Shown here one piece after another: positions 27,201 to 41,389 of a stretch of DNA of 64,000 nucleotides. The stretch's first letter is position 1. Each line of letters starts with the position of its first letter. A program made the position numbers and the translations under genes. The notes beneath the pieces are model-generated. The model saw only the letters and a list, made by a program, of their open reading frames with translations, searched no databases and was not told where the DNA came from. Origin of the DNA: Prorocentrum cordatum (Eukaryota); contig CAUYUJ010000325.1 of assembly GCA_963575745.1 (NCBI GenBank), positions 248,001-312,000 on the forward strand. The letters are read 5' to 3'.

Positions 27201-28259
27201 GGAAGACGCCGCGCCCGTGGAGGAGGCAGCGCCCATGCCAGGCCCATCGCGGCGCGGCGGTGGAGGAGAGGGCGATGAGGTAGAGCGGGGGTCGGCGACG
27301 GGAGCAATCCCCTCGCCGAAGACTTTGCTCCCCGCAGTGGTCGCAGCAGCGCGATGCCTCGCTCTGAGCTGCGCCATGGTCACAAGGTCCTGACACGTCT
27401 CGCCGATCTGGGGAGCGTTTGCGCACATCTTGCACATGTGCTCAAAGGGGCCGGCGCAAACTATTGTGTCCGTCTGGATCCCGAACGCACCTGCCTGGGC
27501 CAGCGTCTCAATCCGCTCGCGGGCGCATCCGCCGGCGCTCAAGTCGCGACCAAGATCGCGGATGGCCTGACCAGGGATCGCGCAAGCGCCAACGGTGGCC
27601 AGATCGGCGGAGGGAGATTCGCATCTCGCGTCGGTCATCTGATCGAGGGCACGGCCCATCGCAATGTCTCCACGAGATCGGCGTGCTGAGGCAATGCCAG
27701 GACGCTCGGCCTTGATCCGCTTGGTCTGCTCCACCCGGGCCGCCTCGTTCGCAGCCCTCTCGTCGCCATGCTGGATATCACCGCTATCAGCGCGGAGTAT
27801 TTGGGCGATATGTTCCTAAGTGGGAGCGGCCGAGGAAGCGGAGCTTCCTGGGTCAGGCTTGGGCCCTGGAGACTCACTGGATCCCTCGGCATCCCTCTCA
27901 GCATATGGGCGCGAAGGATTACCAGCGTCAACCGTGGAGATAGATGCGCCAGGCTGCCGCGCACGCGCGGGACTGTCGCCCGGCCGGTCCTGCCACAACC
28001 GGAATGTTGACTGAAAATATCCTTGAAGTGACACATCGGCCACACTTGAATCGCCCCGCAAACTTCGCATTGCACAGAGTCTCGGACAATTAGAGTCCCA
28101 TGAGCCATTGTGCGAGAGATCTCTAGCAAGACACGCGCGCAAACGCATGGAAGGGCCGAGAGAGGGAGAACGAGGACACGCGACAGCAGGAACAGGCCCC
28201 GCAGTCTTAGCGGTCTCCGTCATCTTCTCGGACTCCGGCGGAGTGGCGGGAAATACGGA

Positions 28260-30830
28260 AGATAGTTCTAACCATTGTTTCCAATGGTGAGCTTTCTTAG
28301 GCTCAATATGTTTAGCCATCGCGTCAGCAACCTGTACTTTTGCGCCTACATTTTTGAGCTGCGATTTTTTCATGCTGGCATGTCTCTCTTATCCAATCCA
28401 AGTCAATGCGATGAGTGCGATGCAGGCGGCAAACACGGGCGCGCGCCCTTCCTGTGTCATCGCGGAAACTGCCCGGCTGCCCTCGGCCGCGCTGAGGCGC
28501 GCCATCGGCCGGGGGCAGCGCCGGCGCGGATAGAGGGCGCGGGGTATGTAGCGCGATGCCCTCGCACGTGATGTTTGTTGATCGCGTCGGCGATGCTGGT
28601 GTAACTCGCGTCGATATCCTGGAGCCGGGAGCAGAAACTCTCACTGGCGGCGTCCTCCGTGGAGGCGCGTTGCGTCGCTTCCTCTCGGCGGCCGCGGACG
28701 CGCGGGCGATCCCCTCTCGGGCTGGGTCTTGAACCGCAGCTTCCCGAGAAAAAAGCAAAGGCAGACCTTCAGTGCGCACAGCCGCGTCGAGAGCCGCGAT
28801 CCCGGACTCCGCGGACGAGCGCGATGCCACGGTCTGCTTCTTGCACGCAGTATTGAGAAGGAAAAATCTCGGGGCCCGGAAGCGCCGCGAAGACGCCAGG
28901 TCGACTTCGAAACGTTGACACAATCAGCAAAAGAGGCGTCGGTAAAGAGCACAATGGAAATGTGATCCTATCTGTCACCAATCCACCCATGAAGACAGCG
29001 CGCGCGCATAGACTTCAAGTAACAGACCAGTCGACGCGCGCTTATCCCATGCGTCATTTAAATTGGTGATCTCTCGCGCCAACATGCATATTGGGCGCGT
29101 GAGATCCAGCCTGCGCCAACAGGCCAGGTGCAATATTTTCATCGGGGCACTCGCTGCGACAGGTCCGAGTACGCCTTCATCACTGTAATCCCGCTCTGAG
29201 AAAGACGCGTCCACAATGAGGAGTGTCGGCGCGTGGGAGATCGTCGAATGCGATGTGGATGGGGTCGTTCGCGGGTTTTTAACCGACTCGCAAGATCAGG
29301 ACGCGGGCATGCTAACGGGCGCAGAAGACCGAGGCTGGGTTGAGCCGGGCCTAGGAGCTAGGAGAGGATGATCTCTTTTTCCTAGAACCAGAGATACCAG
29401 GTAGCTTGGGCACGCGTTCCATGTGCCGAACAATGCGCCGGTAGGTAAAGCCAAGCACGTCGCGTCAAATTCCACGAACGTTTGATGCAGATGCGCACTG
29501 CTTGGCGACATGCCCCGGCAAGATGGGTCGGATCGTGGCCATTCGTTTTTCTCGAAGACTCGTTGTGGTATTCCTGCCATGCATCCTGACCGCAACCCAA
29601 ATTGTTTCTGCGCATGGCGAAGGTGGGTCGATCTGAACTCCACTGCGTCGTACCAAGCCCCATCCAATTTGCAAATTGCTTCGGGCCCTGCCATCTTCAA
29701 ATCATCGACGTAGACAGATAAAACAAGATTCAGCGCGTCAAGCTTCCAAGGGCATCCCCATCCAGGGATAGGTCGGAATCCCACTGACTCCAAGCAAACA
29801 CGGCAGTGGCGCTCCCAAAATACACCCGCCAACGGGCGGCCATAGAGAGCGAGGCGTAGTCGACGAACGGGATTCGCGCATGTGGCCCAAGACGCAGGCA
29901 GTCGCCATTTGGGAAAAGATCCACGCGTCAACTGGATCGATTCGACCGTCAACGTAGAGCAATGCCTGCGCGCAGGCTCAGGGCACATGATTATGCTCGC
30001 CGCCGCCGCCTGGCAACAGCGCTGCGGCGCCGCGCAACTTGGAGGCCTCAGTGTGCGAAGCGCTGGAAGCGGCATCAGCGAATGCAGCGGCTTGGCCGCC
30101 CTCGCCCATCACATCATCGCCCTGGACTACGACGCGGCCCCTGCACATCTGAAATTCCGGGGGTAGTTCTGCGTGCTTGACGGAAGAAAGTTCTAAGATG
30201 TCGGCAAAGAGAGCAGTCGCTATCACATTGCGCGTGCGTCTGATCGCGCTGTCGCGCTCCATAACCGCGTCGAGCATCCAAATTCGCTTCTTTTCCACAG
30301 CGTTCATATCGTTTGCGAAGTGCGTCTTGCGCTCGTGGTTCTGCAGCAACATCCTTCTCAGTGTGGTCGCGGGTGACGAGGCGCGGCCGCCCCCGGCGAA
30401 TCGAGTCCAAGCTGTTCCTGTGTTCCTGGCGATAACTGGGGGTGCGTGGCATTATAGGCACATCACCGGCGTTGTGCAACAACGTAAATAAGCCTGCAAC
30501 ACTCGCCGGAATGGCGTCCGGCTGCGAACGGCAGATTGCACGGCGACGATGTCGCGCGGTCCGTCAGGGAGGGCGGCGAAATATATTGTCGGTAGCGCCC
30601 TTGACGCTTTCGTCTCTGATGTCGGCGTCGTGGTGTAAATTGTAAGTTACGCGTCGTTCCGCAGCATTCCATGTGGGGCCGTCGCCGCTGTTGGTTCGGA
30701 AGCGATGGGCACTTTTGCCTTTTCGAGTCCTTGCGCAAAGAGCGGATCGATTGCGCATCTCCCGTAAATCGGAAAACATGTTTGCGAACTCGCGTTCGGA
30801 CTTGTCGCTCTTGCTTGGACATGGTGTTCC
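28260..30830 (-). mobile_element. Degenerate Ty1/copia pol (RT plus RNase H)
   Basis: In order: GRVVVQG, LRLALYG, SVYVDD (YVDD at 29701-29712), MKIL..R.DL, LFTDASFA, KKQTVASRSSAES, VQVADAMAK; multiple frameshifts. Confidence 0.9.
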
Positions 30831-30959
30831 AACGATCGGGCAAGACGCGGCCTGGCCGGGGCGTGGCCTGAACACGGGTCTGAGCGCGTGGCCGGGGCGT
30901 GATCCACCGCCGCTTTACTGTGGAAAATTGCCAACCTTTTCCTCCGGAAAAATTGCCAA

Positions 30960-32058
30960 CCTATTTCCTTCCGGATCCCGGGGGTCGCCTCCCCCCCCCC
31001 CCATCCGAAAATCCCCCCCCCCCCTGCCAGGAACCCCGCCTCCCCCACCCCCCCCTCCCTCGGCAATAACCCCCCCCTCCCCTAACCCTCCCCCCCCCCC
31101 CCCCCCCCCCCGCTCGAAAAACCCGGGGGGTGGGACACTACCGGTTCGGAAACAACGGACCCCTCCCCCCCCCCCCCCACCCTCCGGATCCCGGAAAACC
31201 GGGGGGGGGTCACTACCCCACCGACTAACCCGCCCTAACCAACTTACCCCCACCACCGCCACCCGCCCCCCCCCCCCCCCCCCCCACCCCCCCCCCTACT
31301 CACCGCCAGCAAACGACTCCCGGTCCCCACCACCGTCCGCATCACATCCCCCAATGGTGTTCCCAGCACCACTGTCCTCACCACCGCTGTCCCCACTGGT
31401 TCCACCACCGCCCCTAGTGTCCCCACCAGTGGCCCCACCACTGTCGCACTGTCCCCGCTGTCCCCAGAACTGTTCCCACCACGGTTCCACCACTCTCCCC
31501 ACTGTCTCCACGGCCCCAACCACTGCCCGACTATCCCCACTGTCCCCACTGTCCCACTGACTCCTCCGCTGTCCCACTGAGCTGTCCCACTGGTCCCACC
31601 ACTGTCCCCACTGTCCCCACCACTGTCCCCACTGTACCTCTGTCCCATTGTCCCACCGCCGTCCTCGCCACCGCCTTCACCACTGTCCCCACCACCATTG
31701 TACCCTCCACTGTCCCACTGTTTCCACCTCATTCCCCTTGTCCCCACACCACTGTCCCCACCACCACCGTCACCACCACTGTCCACTGTCCCCCCCTGTT
31801 CCCACCATTGTCCCCACCACTGTCCCCACCACTACCGTCCCCACCACTGTCCCACTGTCTCACTGTCCCCACCACTGTCCCGCTATCCCCTCACCACTGT
31901 CCCCACCAACACCGCCCCCACCACTGTCCGCACCCCCACTCGGTTTTCGAGGGGGGGGGGTTCGAACCGGTAGTGACCCCACCCGGTTTTCCGGATCCGG
32001 AGGGGGGGGGGAAGGGGTTCGAACCGGTAGTGACCCCCCCCCCTTTTCATGATGAGCA

Positions 32059-32090
<32 letters not shown>

Positions 32091-32190
32091 CGAACCATAG
32101 TGGCCCCCCCCCCGGTTTGCCGGAGGGGGGGGGGGAGGGGGGGGGGGGGGGGGGGAGGGGTTCGAACCGGTAGTGGCCCCCCCCGGTTTT
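30960..32190. repeat. Foldback-like low-complexity block: (CACTGTCCC)n core with poly-C left and poly-G right flanks carrying inverted subunits
   Basis: GTTCGAACCGGTAGTG(A/G)CCCC-like units at about 31960, 32017, 32088 and 32160; reverse-complement-like units at ~31115-31220. Confidence 0.75.
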
Positions 32191-33329
32191 CCGCCAGCAG
32201 CGGTAGAACACGCTCTTTCGGATATTAGAATATTGCCGTCTGGTGTGATCTCGGGCCGCCAGTAGAAACAAATGATTCCGGTCCAACGTTCACTGAGATG
32301 ACGGCTGTCTCGAGCTTGTCCACCAAGACAGGACGTCGGTAGGTCGAAAAAGCTAAGTGCGGGGCGCGCGGATGCGTCGTAGGATAGCCTCACGCGTTGT
32401 TCCTAATAATCAGGCTCAGGAGCTGGAGCAACGGGCTCTGTTGCCTCGGGAAAGACTCGGGAGGCAGTGCTCCGGGAACGGAAGCTCCGGGGAGGTCTGG
32501 TTCGGGGAGCTTCGCGATGCTGGGGTCGCCCCATTCAGCTGGGCATCATAGAAATATCGGGTCGTCTTTGACGGGTGGTCCGAGCGGCTAGCGGGCGAGA
32601 TGTCAAGAAAGATGCCGAGTCCTGTGCTTCCAGGCTGCGGCGTCGGAGGAGACTTTCTTTGTTTTGGAAAATGCGCCTTCGTCCGGGGTCGCGAGGCATC
32701 GTCGCCGACAGAGCGACGAGAGGGGCGAGAGAGCCATCGGGCCGTCAAGACACGCTCTCGACTGAGGGCGCCCCAACGACGCGCGCGCCGCGGCGGCGCG
32801 CCTCGCCCGCCGCCTCGCGCCCCGCCGCGATCGACGGGGCGCGCGCGCCGCGCCTGGAGGGCGCGCCGCGCCCGAGAAGCGCAACGCGCCGCTTGAGCGG
32901 GCGCGCGGGAGCGTGGGCGGGCGAACCTCAACGCATCGCGCAACCCCCCCTCTCCCCGCGTGCCTGCCGCGGGGCGCGCTCGGGGGTCGTGCGTCAAATC
33001 GCCTCGCGACTTCGCGCGACTCGCGCCTCGCTGGCGCTGCCCCGCGAGGCATCATCGCCGACAGAGCGACGACCGCGGCGCCCTAGCAGCGAGTGCGCCG
33101 CGCGCGGCGCGCCTCGCCCGCCGCCTCGCGCTCCGCCGCGAGCGACAGGGCGCGCGCGCCGCGCCTGGCGGGCGCGGCGCGCCCACTGAGCGCGAACGCA
33201 AGGAGCGGCCGCGCGCCGCGGGCGCGCCTCGCCACCCAATGCGACGCGCAGGCGGGGCACGGCGTGCGAGGGGTTTGAAATTGCGAATTGCCGCCCCCGG
33301 CCGGCGCGTCGGAATCCGAACCGCTCTCG

Positions 33330-35920
33330 GCGAAGTGCTCCGACAGAGCCACCTCCTGTCGTTGCGCAGGGAAGCGACTGCAATACTTGAAAATGACTAT
33401 GAGCGAACGCCACTCGCCCTGCGTGGCAACCTCCTCGAGCGACTTCCCGCGAGATGCAAGGCCCCGCGAGCGGCCTCTGCGCGGGTCGCGCGAAGCCAAA
33501 ATAAAAATCTGCGTCCGCCACCCCCGCTGCGGACATGGCCGCCCGCAGGGCGCGCCGCGTCTGCGCGGGCGACGCGGCCGCCCGCGGCGCCGCCTCCACG
33601 GGCGAAGCCGCGTGCCAACGCCCCGCGCTGCGCACTGGGCGCGCGCCCTCGCCACGTTCGGCGCATGCCCATGCGCGCCGCGCGGTGCCCCCCCGCGGCT
33701 CGCTGTTCCGCGTTGGAGGCCGAATGCCAATTGCGCGGTCGGTGAAAACGACTGCCGGCGTCTGTGCGGCGGGGAAGGCGTCCGCGCCGCCCCGCGCCAG
33801 GGGCGCCCCTTCGCTGGGAACGCGCGGAAGAAAATGGCAACAAGTCACAAATTAGCGCTCGCCGTGCTGCGCCAGCGTCTGCGCCGGCTGGCGCGCAGGC
33901 CATGCGCCGGAGCATCGGCGACTGCATGGGCCGCAGGGGCCGGCGTGGCATCGCGCAGCGGCGCCCGATGGCTGCGCGGGCCCACCTGGCCGCGCGCCCA
34001 CCTGGCCGCTCGCGCCCCGCCGGGGCAGCGACGACGCGGCGCGCGGGCACGAACAAAAGTTGGCGAACGTGCCCGAGCAGCGAAAGCACAGGCTGGACTA
34101 CAAGAGCCCTGCCTCGGCAACGGGGAAAAAGCGGGCCTGGCCGCCGCAGGCGACCGCGCAAAACTCGCACCAGCGCCGCGCCGCCGCTTCGATGTCGGCC
34201 GCGGCGCGCGCCGTGCATGCGAGCGCGGCCTCGGCCCGCGCCTGCCTGCGCCAAAGTGCTGCATGCTGTCGGATGGCGCGAGTGAGCGCTGCAGCGCGGC
34301 ACTCGTCGCCCTCGGCCCGCCCGTGGGGGCCGCGATCGGTGCGCCGCTCGCGCGATCGATTGCGGCTAGCGCCGCCGTCAGCGACGGCTGGGGCCGCGCG
34401 TCGCTACGTTCGCGCCGCGCGCCTCGGCGCGCGCGAGCGGGCGAACGGGCGAACGGCTGCGCGGCCTGGCCGCGCTCGCGACATCCGCCTGCCGCGCCGC
34501 GGCCGTCGCGGGCCCGCGGGCGACCCGCCGCGCGGGCGCCTGCGCGCGAGACGCAAGCGCCGAAAACTACTTGCCAAAGGCGCGCGCGCGCGGCGCCCCG
34601 TCCCCTGGGGCCCCGAGGCCGCCCGCGGCACCCAGGCGGCGGCGTCGGAGGCGGCTTTGGCCTTTGCGCGCGCGCGCCAGCCGCAGAATTGTCTGTTTTC
34701 ATGCCCCGCTTGACTCAGCGAAGCCACGCCAGCCGCGCGCCGGCGCCGCCTCGCGGGCCGGCGCGACGCCCCGCGGCGACCGCGCGTCGTTGCGCGCCAG
34801 CACGGCGCCCCCTTCTTCCATCAACAAAAACGGCGCCGCGCGCAAAACACCCTGCAACTGCGGCGTCAGCGACGCCGTCGCGGCCGATGCGCACTTCTTC
34901 AGCGCGACCCCTGCAGCGCGCGCGCGCGCTGCGCCATTCCGCGCGGCCCCGCCGCTAGCCGCGGGCGCGCGCGCCGCGCCGCTTGCTTGCCCAGTCGCAA
35001 AATGCGCCACGCGCCGGGCGCGGCCAGCTCCTCGTCGAGCACCGGCGCCGCCCGCTCGGCGCCGATCATGCGACGGGCCGCGCGCCTCCCTGGAAGGCGG
35101 ATCCGCCATGTTCTCCGCGGATGGCGCGCGGTCCACCCATAGCTGCGCGCGTTGCTTGGCCGCGCGCAACCAGATTGAGCGCGCCGGGCAGGCGTGGCCC
35201 CGCGCCCGCGCCGACCCATGGCGCGCCCCGCGCTCGGCGCCATAACTGTCGGAAAACAACCGAACGCGCGCGCCCTCGAGCTTGCTGCCGAAGGCGCAGA
35301 GGGCAAAGACAATGGACTTCAATTCGAGCGACGCGATCTGCCCGCCCCCGCGCGGCCGGAAATGCCCCGGGAAGCGCTCGGGCGGTTCTACGTCGGAACG
35401 GCGCGCGCGCCACTCAGTCACGAGCACCGCGGCGATCCTCGCCGGCGCGCTCCGCGCATCGACGACAGGCCGCGCGGGAGCTGCTGGCGCCTGCGCGAAA
35501 CCGCGCTCCTGCACCAGGTGGAGGCACCACGCGTCCCCCCACCGCTCCGGCGCTGCATCCACGTCGGGACTTCATCGCGCTGCGTGCGAATGGCTCCGCT
35601 TGAACAGCGGCCCCAGCATCGACCGGCCGAGGCGGTGAAACACGCGGCGCCCCAAGGCGAAGCGCCCGCTAGTTTGGGCGCCTGTCCTAGTGCTAGCACG
35701 CCGCCTGCGCGCGCCTTCCGCAGGGCCACGCGCCACTTCGCGACTTCGCCGCGGAGGGCGCGCAACGCGTTCCGGCGCTTGAAAGGTCGACCTGCCTGCC
35801 CAGGGCGAAAAGTGACGCGGCGCGCCCCAGATTTGCGTCGGCGATCGCCGACGGCCCCAAAATTGCGCGGATCACGCGCGCCACGCGCGACTTTGCGTGG
35901 CGCGCGCTTTCGCGGAAGCA
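33330..35920 (-). mobile_element. Degenerate DIRS/Ngaro-type tyrosine-recombinase retrotransposon (RT C-terminus, RNase H, YR)
   Basis: RT end KWRVAL..GQAPKLAG; RNase H IASLEL..RVRLFSD..LWVDRAPSAENMADPPSR (~35090-35340); YR motifs FLPRVPSE (~33830) and RRG..GKSLEEVATQGEWRS..KY (~33385-33490). Confidence 0.8.
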
Positions 35921-37118
35921 CGCCCAGAACATTTCATCGACGAAGCGCAGAAGCGGAACGAACACAAGGCGCCGCAAGATGGACGCGAGAGCCGCGCCAA
36001 TCCGCTCCCAGCCGTAGCCGCTGCCGCGACCGCCCAATGGGAGCGCTCCCAGAGGTTGAATAACTCTTGCTCTAAGAGTTAACATTTGTCTTGTTACATG
36101 CATCTTAGAGTAAGAATCTAGCTTGTTGCGTTTTCCTTCTTTTTTCATTCAGGTGGCGCGGACAGTCGATGGGTGGCGATTTAGGTGATTTCGTATTAAA
36201 TTTCAAGAACCCGCCCATGTTCTCGACCCGAAGTCGAACTTATAAAGCGAAGACGTTCGGCGAAACAAAAAACTTACGACCGCGCGCGCATGAGCTCGTC
36301 AACGCGCGACGGTGGGAACTCCACTCAAAAGGACGAATAGCCCGAATAGCCCGCGGGCTTGGCGCGCCCAAACGGGGGGAACGGGGGAGCAGTTGCAAGG
36401 AGCTTAGGCTTTGCAGCGGTTCCGAGGACACCCCTGGCCCCTGCGTCCCCGCCCGCAACCTTGGCACCCCGCGGGCGATGGCGAGTCGACTTAAGCCAAA
36501 CGCGCGCGATGGCACCACGCGGCTCGATGCAAATGATCGCACCACCGTTGGATATTTCATACATAATGAATTGAACATTGGACGGCTCGATGCGCAGGAT
36601 CCAGCCCGTTTTGAAAATGCCGCCCTCCATCCGAAAGCAGATCCGCCGCCCTCGCACCGCGTCTTCGCCCAACGGGGGGACTGGCGGGGCGGCGCAGGCT
36701 CCCTGCCCAGAAATGGCAAACGCGTTGCGCCATCCCTTCTTTTCCTCCCTTGGGCGACGACGACGGTCGACAGCCCGCCGAACTCGCGTCGGCCCGCGTG
36801 CTTTCCCTCGTTGCTACATGGGGCCGCGCTGCCATCATCATCGCCCAGCGTCGTCGCCCAGCGGGAGGGGCGCGGGCGGGCGGCGCGGGGAGGGCGTGAC
36901 CCTGGGGTTCACGACCCGCCCTTCATTGGGCACCCCCCTTCCCGCCGCGCTCCACCCCCTGGTCGACGACGGCGGCCGATGACGAGGGCAGCTCGGAGGA
37001 GGAGATGGGAGCGGGGGGGGGGGGGGGCGCTGCCGCCAAGCCGTTTCACGCTCGAGGTGCCGACCGCCCGCGCGCTGCAGCGCCGCAGCCCCCCCGGCCT
37101 GGGATCCCATTCCCAGGC

Positions 37119-38576
<1,458 letters not shown>

Positions 38577-38667
38577 GGGGCCCGTCCAGATCCGCCCAGT
38601 CAGCCAAACTCGCGGCAATCCTAGTTACGCCCCATTCCTCCCTCGTGATCTTGACCCTGCGTTCTCA

Positions 38668-39063
38668 TTAAACCCTCCTCCACTCCTCCACCTCATTTCC
38701 CTTCCCCAGCCTCTCCTCGTGCTTCCCTTTCCCTTCCCATATTCCGTGCCGCCCTCATCCAACAGTCCTCATCCTCCAGGCATCCCGCATCCTATACCAT
38801 CACACCATCTGCCTCGAGGTGCATTCTTGCCGGCGGCGATCCGCGCCACGGCGCGACAGCGCACAGCTCTCCCAGGACAAGACACTGCATCGAGCTCGGC
38901 GCGCAGCGCGTTCCTCGAGCGGGCCGCGGGCTTGCGAGTGTCGCGGCAGGCGGCGGGGTCGAGCATCGATGGCCGATCGGGGATCGGACGTGCAACCGCG
39001 CTCAACCCCGCCTCCTGCGGCACCCGCTTAGCGTTGCAGCTCGCTCGAGGAGCGCGCGCTGCG

Positions 39064-39120
<57 letters not shown>

Positions 39121-39992
39121 AAGAACAACCAAGAGAGAGAGAGAGAGAGAGAGGGAGAGGAAAAATACAGAGAGAGAGAGAGGGGGAGAGGGAGAGCCCC
39201 TCAGAGGAGGAACTAGGAAGAGGAGGAGGAGAAGGAGGAGAAGAAGGAGGAGGGGGAAGGGGGCGAGGAAGAGAAGGAGGAGGCGGCGGTGGACCCGAGG
39301 ACGAGAAGGAGGAGAGGGCGGAGGAGGGGGGGAGGAAAATAAGCGGAGCTTGAGTAGAGAAAGAGCGGGAGGAGGTGCCAGCGCCCGCCAGTCAGGCGCC
39401 GCCCGCGATGGCGATGGCGAGGAGCTGCTTATCCTGCTGGCGGCGGGCGGGGGGATGGGCCGCCCCTCCTCTCCGAGGGCCTTCACCTCCATCCCTCCCT
39501 CCTCCTTCCCCTCCTCCACCTCCTCCTTCTCCTCCTCCCTTTTTCTCCTTCTCCTCCTCCCCCTCCTCCTCCTCCTTCTCCTCCTTCTCCCCCTCCCCCC
39601 CCCCTCCTCCCCCCTCGAGCCCCCCTCGGATCCCCGGTCGCCCGCCTCCACCCCCCTTCTCCGCCCGTGCCGCCGTCGGCAATTTCGCCGCGCCCCTCAC
39701 GCGCTTTCGTTGCCCATCCAATCGTGTGTGCCCCGTGTCCTCAGTCGTCGTTAGCGCCCGAATATACCCAGTCCCAGAATCGATCACCGATGCGGCGGCG
39801 CGGCGGGCACGCGCACTCGACACCCGACGCGTCGACGTCTGGAGTTGAAAGACGCAGCGTCTCCAACTCGGACGGGGTCGGGTTCCGCCGCGCGCAGGGC
39901 CTAGCACTCCAACTTGAACTATCGGCACCGTCGCGGTGATTCACCAGCTCTGACTCGAGACCAAAGCGGGGCGTCCAAGTGGAGAAGGGCAT
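38668..39992 (-). CDS. Candidate convergent spliced gene B, unknown product (exons ~39992-39901, 39788-39696, 39433-39379, 39014-38974, 38884-38813, last exon uncertain)
   Basis: Four GC donors and three CAG acceptors are phase-consistent and two introns are hairpins, but exon 2 needs non-canonical boundaries and the terminal exon is ambiguous. Confidence 0.35.
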
Positions 39993-40657
39993 GACACCTA
40001 CGACCCCGCGGTGCCCTAGGGGGAGGGGGCGGGCTTGACGGGCGAACCCCTCCGCGCGACCCCCGCGCCGTTCGCCCACCGACCGACTTATAGGGGAGGA
40101 GGGGGGGGAGGGGGGGTAGAAGGGGGAGAAGGAGGAGGAGGGGGGTAAGGAGGAGAAGGAGGAAGAGGAGGAGGAGGGGGAAGGGGGAGGAGGAGGAGAA
40201 GGAGGAGAAGGAGGACAAGGACGAGGATGAGGACGTCAAGGAGGTGGAGGAGGATGATGATGATGATGAAGCGCCTTGAAAGGTCGGTCCTCCCATAACA
40301 CAAACCTGAGAAGCCACCAATACGCCAAATGCGAAGGTAGAGAGAGAAAGAAGGCGAAGAAGCAGGAAAGAATAGAAGCGGAGAATAGGTAAAGCCCAAC
40401 CCAGGATTGAAACCCAGGATACTGAAAGAAAACATAAATGAAAGACTGTCCAAGATCCCAAATAAATCCCACCACTAGGTTCCTCTTGTGTTGAATGAAG
40501 ATAGAGAAACAGAAGAAAGGGATGCCCAAATTTGACTAACAAGATCTTGAGTGACAATTGGGTCCCAACTTTGAAAGCACATGGTCCCAAGGTCTAAAGT
40601 AAGAGGTGAAGAAAACTTTCATTAAGTCCCATGAAACCCATTTAACATGAGTAGTGA

Positions 40658-41077
40658 TCAAGGCTGATATATATGACTAAAAGAGAATCTGAATGATAAA
40701 CTGAACGACCCAAGCACGCAATGAAACCAGAAGATACGGAGGCACGCAAGATGAACGGTCAAAGCCGAATGAGATCCCAACCATGAGAACCCACGCCAGA
40801 CCTGTCGAGGAATATGTAATATGGATGAATTCAAACTAATATGGAGAACGCAAGGTGGCTGGAATTGTTTATAACCTTTTGTATTTGCAAACCACCATCG
40901 TAGGCGAGCCGCCGACGTTTGAACTGAAATGTCTGAGGGCCCTATCCCCAGGACATAAGAAATACATGCAAGAAAGACTGAGAAAGACTGAGAGCCCTCC
41001 AAGAAGCCGCAGGCCCACGCACCACGGACACCAGAAGATTCCAGTCTAAGGAAGTCCCAGGAGTGCTCTTCAGCCAT
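40658..41077 (-). CDS. Cargo ORF, 139 aa (MAEEHSWDFLRL...), unknown
   Basis: Its ATG overlaps the upstream ORF end (ATGGCTGA); shares F-x6-[IC]S-x2-L[GA]I-x2-S[DE]I with ORF 41819-42046. Confidence 0.5.
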   Translation of the reverse strand: MAEEHSWDFLRLESSGVRGAWACGFLEGSQSFSVFLACISYVLGIGPSDISVQTSAARLRWWFANTKGYKQFQPPCVLHISLNSSILHIPRQVWRGFSWLGSHSALTVHLACLRIFWFHCVLGSFSLSFRFSFSHIYQP

Positions 41078-41315
41078 ACCTCCACCGCCACTTCTCCACG
41101 AAGAAATCTCCATCCCACCAGTAATCGGACAAGTACCACACAACCGGGTGAGGCCACCCCGAATCGGGATCGATCCACGTGTCAAAGTACTCCGTTTTCC
41201 ACACTTTCGTGTAGACTTCGTCTACTTCGCAGTAGTTCCACATTCCGCCCGAGCCATGGGACCACTTGAGACGCTTCTTGGCAGCAAGCATGACTGGAAG
41301 GCAGCTTTTAGCCAT
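41070..41315 (-). CDS. Cargo ORF, 73-81 aa Trp-rich protein, homolog of gene A
   Basis: WNYCEVDEVYTKVWKTEYFDTWIDPDSGWPHPVVW..EKWRWRY aligns to gene A; preceded by SL relic 41368-41389. Confidence 0.75.
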   Translation of the reverse strand: MAKSCLPVMLAAKKRLKWSHGSGGMWNYCEVDEVYTKVWKTEYFDTWIDPDSGWPHPVVWYLSDYWWDGDFFVEKWRWRYG

Positions 41316-41367
41316 CCACTGGAGTTGAAAGTTCCCCAGCCGTACCAGACAGGAGCTCCAGAAAGGA

Positions 41368-41389
41368 TTTGAGGCAAAACGGCTACTGA
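41368..41389 (-). promoter_or_regulatory. Dinoflagellate spliced-leader relic / probable trans-splice acceptor
   Basis: TCAGTAGCCGTTTTGCCTCAAA matches TCCGTAGCCATTTTGGCTCAAG at 18/22; its TAG is the stop codon of ORF 41383-41709. Confidence 0.85.
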
